Origin: Oopsacas minuta
Lineage: Eukaryota > Animalia > Porifera
Assembly: GCA_024704765.1 (NCBI GenBank)
Contig: JAKMXF010000033.1
Span: forward strand, 744,001-808,000
Length of the DNA stretch: 64,000 nucleotides
Direction of reading: 5' to 3'
Under the pieces are notes generated by a model, which saw nothing but the letters and a program-made list of their open reading frames with translations, was not told the DNA's origin and did no database searches. Positions 46,901 to 56,309 of the stretch are shown here, in pieces. Positions within the stretch are counted from its first letter, which is position 1. Every line of letters starts with the position of its first letter. The position numbers and the translations under genes are program-made.

Positions 46901-49900
46901 GGAGGATGGGTCAGAAGATTATGCTGAGAGAGCGTATACACATGTGTCTAGCTGTGAGCATGAATGTGTAAGTGATGCTAAACAATTAATGGACTGTACT
47001 AAAGATCAAGCAGATAGAGTGTGTGGGGTAGAGCAACAGTATAATTAACAGCAAAAGATTACAAGGATAAAATAACTTATGTATTGAGTAAGTGTATAAC
47101 TGATGACCTAACATATACAGGATATAGTAGTAAGATACGTATATTCCTAATTATTTGTAATACCCCATAAATTTGAAATCAGCAATCAACAGCCCATTGA
47201 AAAGTGATTACAATTATTAGATTTATAAAGTGGGATATTCAATTGGAGACATGGGAGCTTAGCATTAAAAGTAAAGCGACCAAATTTTCTCTGTATCAAT
47301 TCTAAGCATAGTGTTTGCTTTAACTTAGGTGTTCGGAGAAACCGCCCTTTTCTAGAAAAGACCGGGGCAAGTGGAAAAACCCCCGCGTTTTTCCTGGTCT
47401 TTCTGTCATAATTATGTAACATATCCTAAAGCGCATTGAAAGATGCTGGGAAAACAATAACCATGCGGTAAGATGACACATGATATTGCTTCTAAATACA
47501 CAATTGCTTTTAGGGACATACATCTATGATGCAAGACTAAAATTTCTCAAGATTTTCAGTCTCTTGGATGTGATAATATTGTCATATACGGTCATCCTTT
47601 TCCGGGAGGAAAAACCCGTTTTTTCGAGGAGACTTGCTAAAGAGCATTCTTGCTAATAGCATAGATTACAAGAAATAGGTTTCGAGATAGTCCAAACACT
47701 TGGAAAGGCATAGTCATAGATAATCTGTAGTAAATAGAGAGCAACCCTTCTACTCTTCGATCCAAATAAATCCTCAGAATAATTGTCTACTATGTCATTA
47801 GCAGGATGACTGGTAAACTATTATAAATTTAATAACTAGCCTAGAGAATTGGGTTAATATTGTCAGTATGTAATTTGAATACAACACATACAATGTGTGT
47901 AAATATCGTTAAGATAACGCTTAGGAGGTTATGTGTATTAATATTACTGTTAAAGAAGTATTAAAAATGTAAACTAGAAGGATTCCGCAGCTGTGGAGTT
48001 GGATTATACAATGGTGGTTTATTCTAATCATTGTAGAAGAAGATTAAACATAAATATTCTACGTATTTAATACGATACAAATTAGAAGGCTCTTTTGAAA
48101 TGGAAGCTGCATATTAGTTGATGTGATGCATTGATTTGATAATAGAATTGTTAAGTTAGTCAGATATAATCAGGGAATTGACTCTATTATTGATTCATAC
48201 ACACTAAGGAAATAAAGTAAGATTGATTACTTAGAATCAAGGCAAGTGTGTTAAAATAATTTCTATTCTGTAACACTAAATGCTAAACGGGTACCGGGTG
48301 ACAGAAATGCTCATTTTTATCTGCACTTTGGCCCAAGTCCATATTCGTTGTGTACTTAACTATTTCTATCGAAATTCGGATTATGATTCTAGGTTGCAGT
48401 GTATAGTACTGTATTCAACAAATGGGTGAAAATAATACAACATGTCCCATGAATTAATGCCAGATAGCATATTTGGGTATAAAAGTAATATCATTGTATG
48501 ACGTATTTCTCCGAATAAGCGCGGGTAACGAAATCGACTAAACATTCGAAAATGTGCATTAGAAATGGCTAGTATCTTTCGGTTTCCCGGTATATACGGA
48601 TTTCTATGTTACCTAAACGTCCCCATTAAATGTCTATATGAATTTAGATATTACTTTAGTAGAGAGTTAAAAACACAAAATGTAACCGTAATAATTTAGA
48701 AATCAATAAACCAGTTGATGCTTTCAAATATCTGAAATGTTACAACAACTTATTTGTTGTAACATATTAAAGATTTGTAAGCATTCCTAATACAACTTGC
48801 ATAATTCTGTAATCGAGTCAGATTACACACAAATGGGTATATAGGCAATGAACTAAAAATTAAACAACATAAAATTCGGATTATGAACAGAAAATTTTAC
48901 ATCTTACTGCTCGTATCTACACTATTAGTCGTGTTGGGGGATTCCGCGGTATGTGAGAATGAAAATGTGCATTTCATAAGGGAAAACTTTCTGGTCTACA
49001 GGAACAACATTGATGCGGTTAATGACGGTTTGAAAATATGTAGCAAGGATCCGTCTTACCTTGATTTCATAACGCTTACGATACAGAACGAAGAATTAAC
49101 AGGAGACATATCTCTGGATATAGGGGATAACATAAAGTACCTTACGATAGACAAGAGGATCAGTCAAAATATTACAATAATGGTGCCACATATTCTTCCA
49201 AGCATATTGAGGCTAGAATTGAAATCACAAGAAAACTGGTTCATACTAAAAGATGAGGAAAATAATTTCTTCAAAAATTTCCCAAAATTGCAATACCTGG
49301 ATACAGAAAATATATGGCTTCCGGATATCCCATCATTCGTAACGCATTCGGATTTAACAAGAATTCAGGCTATCAGGTCAATTTTCGGAACTGGTAATGT
49401 TGATGTTAATGTTAATGTTGATAACAATTTTGTATCAGGACTTCAGAATTTGATATTTCTGTCATGGAAGGAGAGCACTATACAGTCTCTTAGCAGAGAT
49501 GCTTTCAAAGGATTGTCTATGCTCACAGAACTGACGTTGGAAAATAACGAGATAGCAATTGTAAATAACAATCAATTTAGTGATCTCACAAATCTGATAG
49601 AACTAGATCTCAGCCATAATAAACTCACAACAGTTGGTGTTCAATCAGAAGCGTTTGTTAACTTGATAAGTTTGAGGATTCTACGAATGAATTCGAATCC
49701 ACTTTTCAGTCCTAATATCGTGTTCCACCCTATGTTTAATCTAGAAGAGATATTCCTACAAAACAACGAATATTTCTTTTTGGACTTCAGAGCCTTCCAA
49801 CAGAAATCAAATCTCAGGATTGTATACCTGATAGGGGATAATATGTTCGATTGTGAATGCGATCAAACTGGATGGATGGCGAATGTATCGGAAAGATTCA

Positions 49901-52195
49901 ATATTACGTTCATAGGTGGAATATGTGATACACCACCGGATTACACAGGGGAAGATGTGGCCGAGCTAACAGTGTATGACTATACAAGTATAAATTGCAG
50001 CGCATTATCCTATGATTGCTTTGGAGATGTGAACTGTACAACTAAACAGATGTGTATCAATACACATAACAGCTTTGCGTGTGAGTGTCTTGGAGGATTT
50101 GCTGATTTGTTAAATGTAGTGACTAACAGAACTGAGTGTTTGGATATAAACGAGTGTGCGAATTCGATTCAGTATTGTGATCAAAACTGTAAAAACCTGG
50201 AAGGAAGCTATACCTGTGGCTGTGAAGCTGGATACACATTGGAGGGTAGGAGAACCTGCTTAGATGTCGATGAGTGTACTCTAGGAACAGATGAATGTCA
50301 AGAAGATGGAAAACGAAATAAAGAACTGTGTGTAAACACTATTGGAAGCTACGACTGTAATTGTAGCTCTGGATTCGAGCTACGTAACTTAAGAAACTGC
50401 ATTGACAGAAACGAGTGTTTAGTTGCCAATGAATGCACTCAGGTATGCAATAACACAGTGGGAGATTACGAATGTTTGTGTAGTCCAGGATTCGAATTTC
50501 TGACCAATTATATCATGAATAGTACTAATGGTACAAATACTACCATGGATATCAGTGGAAACAAAGGAGTACCTTGTGTAGACACAAATGAGTGCATTAG
50601 CGATGAGCTGAACCTGTGTACACAGAACTGTACTAACACAATTGGATCTTTCTTTTGCAGCTGTGTCAAAGGTTATAACCTAACGACCAGATTCGACTGT
50701 GAGGATATTGACGAATGTACTAACACAACACTGTGTGATGGAGATAAGGGGTTACGTTGTAATAATACTTTAGGGAGCTTTGAATGTATTTGTAAAATAG
50801 GCTACATCATTAACGTCAAGAGGAATACAACTTGTATTCCTAATCCAAGTCTCTTAACACTAGAGCAAGCAATTGGGGTAGGAATAGCAGGATTTGCTAT
50901 GATCACTTTCTTCATTGTTGTAACGTTAATACTGATATTCTGTATATACAAGTATAGTAGACAGAGAGTTAAGCAGAAGACAGAAGGGAGGACAGGGTTA
51001 CTCATGAGCGGAATCAGTGTAGAACATTCTGAAGGAAAACAACCCGTTAATATAGAAGATACTGGTAGAACTTGTACTAGTAGTACTGTATTCAATCCAT
51101 ACGAAATTGAGGGTGATAATAAAGAGAAAGAGAAAGAGCACGAGTATGAGACAGTAACAGACGTGCATAAGGAAGAGACCATAGAATACGGGGTGGTTAA
51201 GTTATCAGATAGTATTGATAAGAAATTACTGGAGAAAGAGTACGAGAGAGAAGAAGACATATATCTCCCGCCTATAGAGATTACGAGTAGTGATGAGGCT
51301 GCAAAATACAGAGAGGTACAGGTTTAAGGGAACGATAGGAGCATCTGTGTGTCTGTGTGTCTGTGTTTATAAGGATTTTTAGAAGTATGCCAAAATATTA
51401 GTTACTATTTAAATATGTCAGCTGGTAAGTGGTGGATTCTTAAGTATTATGCAACTTGATAATATTTAATTGGTTAAATAAGATGTTCATATTTTGGGTT
51501 AATTAAGTTATTTTGCCTACTTTTTCAGTTACATATGTAATGAAATTTAAAGGTATTATAAATTATAATTATTTTAAATAAATCTAGTGTGTATGTGTAA
51601 TTGTGTATACTAGTACAGTCAACTCCTCGATATATTGAAATATCGAATTATGAAACTGTATAAATATGGTATCTAACCGTCAAAAGTAGCATAAATTATA
51701 TCGGTTATAGCGAAGGAATTCGCGATCCCTTGAGTTTCGATATGAACGGGAGTCGACAGTATTTTGAATATATCCTAATAAGGAGTTCCTGTATAAATAA
51801 GTACAATTACATAAATACTTAGATTGTTAAAAGAACAATCAATCACACACGAAGAGTTGAATAATAAATGAAGAATACTCACCAATGTTAACCAGTCTAA
51901 CTTTCTGCTGTGTAATGAAGTTCAGAGATGCTCCGATGTTTTCCAGACTTTGAGAATTAAATTTGGGATTTTTGTTTACTTTCTGTACAACCTTGGGAGC
52001 AGCCAACTTGTTGATAAGATCTGCTAGCATCAATCCATCCTTCAGGTCACTGAACAGATCATGTACTTGGTTCTTAGATTCTTTCAAATTCCCTCTTAGA
52101 CGGTTATTGAACCAGTTGGTGAATGTTGTTATCTGGATTTGTTTCCAAGTGTCATCCACTGCGTCTAGTTTAGTGAAGCTAGATGAACTGGCCAT
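40985..52195 (-). CDS. Filamin-like gene B: 3 CH domains, 6 filamin Ig repeats and a low-complexity tail. Exons 52195-51883, 44532-44222, 43910-43656, 43351-40985
   Basis: CH1 (WKQIQITTFTNWFN) splices in frame via GT-AG to GPEDVYDGNQKLILGLVWTLI. Two further CH domains (ITNFTSDWNNG; ITNFTTDWNDG), then six GSPF-type repeats. All three introns have canonical GT/AG ends and preserve frame. Confidence 0.88.
44776..44965. mobile_element. TACAGTCAACTC-family MITE
   Basis: Left TACAGTCAACTC, degenerate right end GAATTGACTATA; internal ATATCGAAGCTCAAAGGACC shared with the 52409 copy. Confidence 0.7.
45085..45746 (-). pseudogene. Multi-pass membrane protein gene with a probable frameshift near 45575
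   Basis: The frame of ORF 45085-45444 stays open upstream to about 45570 (LYPQTCLRFCIFTNILVIIYTISLLFCVVLIFLHFISAIIGLVYMSIW), overlapping the acidic N-terminal ORF 45486-45746. Lies within filamin B intron 1. Confidence 0.4.
46104..47048 (+). CDS. Hypothetical membrane protein with a Cys-rich C-terminal domain, nested antisense in filamin B intron 1
   Basis: 314-aa ORF with about 3 hydrophobic segments and a Cys-rich region (YCESLKYDCVSC...CLGGCG...SSCEHECV...DC...RVCG). Confidence 0.65.
   Translation: MTTAINSKNVLRAQYGGTDLTGVRKNHVEVRGIGRTVFLRDSCYARTNHFIKETQPYSTSTLHRFWYFPCARWFFLACAVVSLASVATLYIAAPLAVVMLVWLVILCQHCVVSCCTIPRVLRQPVIVGQQKLNQLYEVRVEQLTGVLLQAHEAGIGYVEARTGMVKLQTFSPRAVGHMQRARVYSMIMFMIAFVLFLYSAGSAAGLGWNKYSDQISKKYCESLKYDCVSCLNGTAKTINILFIHYEIQCAFTLESGVECLGGCGVLEDGSEDYAERAYTHVSSCEHECVSDAKQLMDCTKDQADRVCGVEQQYN
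48883..51327 (+). CDS. Type I membrane receptor: signal peptide, LRRs, LRRCT, 6 EGF (mostly Ca-binding), TM, Tyr-containing tail; nested antisense in filamin B intron 1
   Basis: LRRs (LTELTLENNEI, LIELDLSHNKL), LRRCT (NMFDCEC...CDTP), EGF repeats (DINEC...CKNLEGSYTCGC and similar), TM AIGVGIAGFAMITFFIVVTLILIFCIY. Confidence 0.88.
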   Translation: MNRKFYILLLVSTLLVVLGDSAVCENENVHFIRENFLVYRNNIDAVNDGLKICSKDPSYLDFITLTIQNEELTGDISLDIGDNIKYLTIDKRISQNITIMVPHILPSILRLELKSQENWFILKDEENNFFKNFPKLQYLDTENIWLPDIPSFVTHSDLTRIQAIRSIFGTGNVDVNVNVDNNFVSGLQNLIFLSWKESTIQSLSRDAFKGLSMLTELTLENNEIAIVNNNQFSDLTNLIELDLSHNKLTTVGVQSEAFVNLISLRILRMNSNPLFSPNIVFHPMFNLEEIFLQNNEYFFLDFRAFQQKSNLRIVYLIGDNMFDCECDQTGWMANVSERFNITFIGGICDTPPDYTGEDVAELTVYDYTSINCSALSYDCFGDVNCTTKQMCINTHNSFACECLGGFADLLNVVTNRTECLDINECANSIQYCDQNCKNLEGSYTCGCEAGYTLEGRRTCLDVDECTLGTDECQEDGKRNKELCVNTIGSYDCNCSSGFELRNLRNCIDRNECLVANECTQVCNNTVGDYECLCSPGFEFLTNYIMNSTNGTNTTMDISGNKGVPCVDTNECISDELNLCTQNCTNTIGSFFCSCVKGYNLTTRFDCEDIDECTNTTLCDGDKGLRCNNTLGSFECICKIGYIINVKRNTTCIPNPSLLTLEQAIGVGIAGFAMITFFIVVTLILIFCIYKYSRQRVKQKTEGRTGLLMSGISVEHSEGKQPVNIEDTGRTCTSSTVFNPYEIEGDNKEKEKEHEYETVTDVHKEETIEYGVVKLSDSIDKKLLEKEYEREEDIYLPPIEITSSDEAAKYREVQV
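51614..51761. mobile_element. TACAGTCAACTC-family MITE
   Basis: Left TACAGTCAACTC, right GAGTCGACAGTA; the internal CCCTTGAGTTTCGATAT motif is the reverse complement of the family subterminal motif. Confidence 0.65.
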
Positions 52196-52408
52196 GTCCT
52201 ACCCTCTCAGAATTATATAGCTAGTTATAGTATAAAGATAGGGTAAATATGGTTATGAATTATTTCGATACTCAATACATATAGCTCTGGCGAATATACC
52301 CCTTTCACTTGTAAACCAGGTACTATTGAGTCTAGTTTTACCAGTACTGTACGACACATGAGAAACTTAATGCAGTTGGGACCATGGAGACATTAATAGG
52401 AAGCAAAA

Positions 52409-52586
52409 TACAGTCAACTCCTATTATATCGAAGCTCAAAGGACCACGATAAATACTCCAAGAGAGTTCGGTATAATCGGTGTAATTTATGGTATTTTGA
52501 AGGTTGGGACCATCTTTGTACAATTTCAGATGATAAAAGCGGGTATTTCCATATATGGGTGTTCGAAATTAAGTGAGTTGACTGTA
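52409..52586. mobile_element. TACAGTCAACTC-family MITE with perfect 12-bp TIRs
   Basis: TACAGTCAACTC (52409-52420) and GAGTTGACTGTA (52575-52586); TA termini suggest Tc1/mariner-type mobilisation. Confidence 0.8.
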
Positions 52587-54122
52587 GTGTAATGAAATAT
52601 GTTAAAATCATTGATGATTATTAGTTTTTTGTATATATACAAGTTAGGACGTCCAATCTTACCCAAATCGAGTTCAAATATTCAAAATGTTACAGACGGG
52701 GCATATAATATCAACAAAATATACTTTCTGTTTATAACCGGAAATGATAGGCTGTAAACGTAAAGTATATAAAAAAGGAAATATTTAGGAAATTGAAAGA
52801 CATAAACTAATTTCAGATTATAAAAGTTACAAAAAATTATAAATAAATATGAATATAAAAATGGGCAGACACAAATGTGAATATACTAAATTCGTTAGAT
52901 AAATTATAAAAATACCATTTGCATGTAGAGTGCCTAACCTCAGCATGAATAGTATTAGCATAAGTAAGAATTAAGATAAATAGCGCACGCATTAGTACAT
53001 CATTGTAGTGTCGTATCTGCCTCCTCTTGGTGGTGGCCTGCCTGTTGGACGGCGAGATTCTTGCACCGGCATGCGAGTACGGCGTACCTAGAAATATCGC
53101 AAAGTCAACACATAATAAAATTGTTATAATAGATTGATTGCACTACATGAATAGACCGAGTTTAGGATTTTAGCCAAGCCGAGGCCGAGGCAAATGCAGG
53201 AGTATTTAAGAGAGCGAATCATTTTAACTAAAAGTTATGTGATTAGTTTCACAGCTCTTCCATACAAATCAATGCATATTAACGTTATTATTGGTCGATT
53301 ATATTCCACATGTTTTCTACACGATACCAATAAATAGTATGTAATAAGATTACAGTTTGAAAGGATTTCCACGGCTGTTTCAGTAGATCTTGCCCCAAGA
53401 ACTTCAAAGATGGTCAAAATACAGAAAACATGTCATAGGTCAATACATTAGGATCAATTCAATAGATGCGAAAAAGATTCACCTCTAGGCCAAAAGATTC
53501 AGTTTTGGGGTCTTTTGAAAACCAATAAGGTTAGATTTTACAAAAGCGAGAAAGCATACAATGTTATACCACCCTACTCCGAAGATTTGGGTATTTTGTA
53601 CCATATGTAAAGTTCTTGAAGAAATATCTACTGGAATAGTTGAGAAAATCAATTCCAATACTAATTAGTAATAACTTCAAGACTATGGGTCGAGTATGAT
53701 TGAATATTAATAAAAACTAGCGCGATACGCTTGCTAGGTCGCTGCGGGACAGCTTAGTACCTCAGGTTAGATTAAGTATTAAACAGATAAATTTATTAGT
53801 GCTTTTGGTCTCTACGCGACGGGAAATACTCTCACTTCGTGCCTTAGATGTATAATATGGCAGAAATTTAAAGATGATATTATCCATGGTCCATCCAAAT
53901 TAGACACTGGAAATGTTATGTACAGTCATGATGAGTTAGCTTTTGGTCAGAATTAGGACATTTGACTTATTGAGGGGTACCTGTGTTCAATGACGTCATA
54001 ATTTCATCATAGGTGTAGCAAAAATGAACAAATGTCACGAAGGAACTGATAATCGTACAAGATGTTATTAGTAACATGTAGACATAGATATATATATTAT
54101 ATAGGAAAGTTTGTGATGAAAA

Positions 54123-55307
54123 TCAATTATTCAGTCGCCATTGTGTTACACGATTAAGTAGAGGTTCTTTATAAGAATCCATCAACTTAGTCACTTCCTC
54201 TCTAACCTTTCTATCCCTATTAGGGCTTGTAATATAGCAACGAGTAGTAATAATGTAGATGAGATTCGAGGTTATCAAAAATAAATCAAATTGTAACATT
54301 CCAAGATTTGAGATGGAGAATATGATAGAAGATAGATTCAGTGTAACATTCAAAGTATTATTGCTAGGAACAGACATATTTAGCCTGAAATAATGTTCTA
54401 AAAACCAAGGATTAGGAGCTATCATTAAAATCCAGTTTCCGACACTATCGAGTGCGATAGAAATAGCATATAACATCAACGAAAGAATCAATGCAATACT
54501 CCAACGTTTGAAACTTAAGACATGTTTGCTTCGACTTTTGTAGGTATGTATATTTCCAAAGTATCCTCCATCAAATTGCCATTGTTTGAGTCCCATAACT
54601 AATCTGTTCCTACAACGGAATAATAGTGTGCAGTTTATGATTAGCAATAGAATCACAATGAAGCTTCCGAATAATGATGTCTGAATGATAGATACTGTTA
54701 GCATAACTATAAAGAATTGCACTAAACCGATCCCGAAGTACTTCTTTAAGATTCTATAATCCTTATGCTCTCTATAAGCTTTGTAGAGGTAAATCATTAA
54801 CATGGACAATGACATCATGAGTAGCAATACCAAGGAATTTGTCAATGCTGTCCTGATCAATGTTACTTGAAAATATCGAAAAGCTTTCACCAGACTATAT
54901 TTTTTCAGTAAACTATGTGCAATAATGCTATTATTCGCTGTTTCACGAAGATTTTCGAATATAAAGAACATCCCGAATCCTACCCCTTTGGTTATAAGAT
55001 GTAGTGCTTCTATGGATAATATACAGATTATGATTATATTACGAATCAACTCTGTATTAATGTTATATCTAACACTACGCTCTTCCAGGTCGCTGATATG
55101 CCTCTTGCTCATATCTTTTAGTTTCCTTCTTAATAACACGGTTTGAATTACTATATTGATTAGCCAACCAATCGAGGAAATAAATACAATAGAGTTGGTA
55201 ATGGCGATTGTCACTAAGAGACCGCCAAGTACCTTCATTGGTATAATAGGTTCAACATCAACGTTACTATTATTATTCATGAATGTATTGGTCCTGGATT
55301 TGTTCAT
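54123..55307 (-). CDS. Seven-TM (GPCR-like) membrane protein
   Basis: 394-aa single-exon ORF with about 7 hydrophobic segments; layout similar to 6292-7428. Confidence 0.6.
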   Translation of the reverse strand: MNKSRTNTFMNNNSNVDVEPIIPMKVLGGLLVTIAITNSIVFISSIGWLINIVIQTVLLRRKLKDMSKRHISDLEERSVRYNINTELIRNIIIICILSIEALHLITKGVGFGMFFIFENLRETANNSIIAHSLLKKYSLVKAFRYFQVTLIRTALTNSLVLLLMMSLSMLMIYLYKAYREHKDYRILKKYFGIGLVQFFIVMLTVSIIQTSLFGSFIVILLLIINCTLLFRCRNRLVMGLKQWQFDGGYFGNIHTYKSRSKHVLSFKRWSIALILSLMLYAISIALDSVGNWILMIAPNPWFLEHYFRLNMSVPSNNTLNVTLNLSSIIFSISNLGMLQFDLFLITSNLIYIITTRCYITSPNRDRKVREEVTKLMDSYKEPLLNRVTQWRLNN

Positions 55308-55955
55308 TGGAAAGTTGTGTATATCTGATACTAAGAAACTATATATTGGTATATATAATTACTCCTGCACTGGTAACAATTAGAAATCTATATTGTAATG
55401 AGTATCACATGAAAGCTTTGGAATATAAATTTCCCTCATATAAATAGAATTTGTATTATTATTATTCTCTTGATATTACAAAATGCTGAATATATTGCAA
55501 ATGCTTACCTACTTAATCTTCTAGGGAAATTACAATAGTTTATGATTTTGGTAGAAACGGATAAATAATCATATAATCATTCATATTTTTTGTATTATTC
55601 ATTTGAGGTTAATATATTCTATTGTGCAATCCATTTTTGCTATAATATGAATATTCAAATTATTTCCTCTATACATTATCACCAAATATAGACTCAAATT
55701 TCAGTCAGCAGTGTATGATATAGGATTTGTATAATGATAAACAAATATTTACTGTACAACATTCTAACATCGATACTTCGACATGATATTTCCATAATAA
55801 TTAATTATTCTCTGTACTTCCTGAGTGATAGTATCAATATAATTTAAGATAGGACTAGTTCGATTAGAGCATGATACATCTTGCAGAAATCCTTTGGTTG
55901 GGCGGATGCTCAACGTTCGCAAACCCCATAATGCAGATGGGCATTCGGCAAGAAT

Positions 55956-55990
55956 TAGCAGAGCTCCGCACGAAGGGCGGAGCTCTGCTA
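55956..55990. repeat. GC-rich hairpin with 14-bp perfect arms, ending in CTAG|T
   Basis: TAGCAGAGCTCCGC-ACGAAGG-GCGGAGCTCTGCTA, followed by GT. Confidence 0.6.
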
Positions 55991-56309
55991 GTTCAGTATA
56001 AATTACAATACATTCAAAAATTGTATGTGTATAACAAGTCATAGTGCGCTGAATATGAAATTGATGATGAGGGAATAAATGTATGTTTACAAAAGTCAAA
56101 ATGACAGATTAATATTTCTGAATAAAATTCAAAGGTACAAGGAATCGACCTGAAAATTAGTAATAATTGAGGGTTTTTAGATGTTCTGTAAAATTGTGCA
56201 TAAATTTCGTTAGAATCAAGGGATCGAAACAACACTGTTGAAATGTATGTCTAGCTCAATGAAAACCAAATGATGAAATAACCTCTATATAACAATATCA
56301 AAATGTTCA

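Noticed and set aside
50802-51260. 152-aa Ser-rich minus-strand ORF
   Set aside because: Antisense shadow of the LRR-EGF receptor tail.
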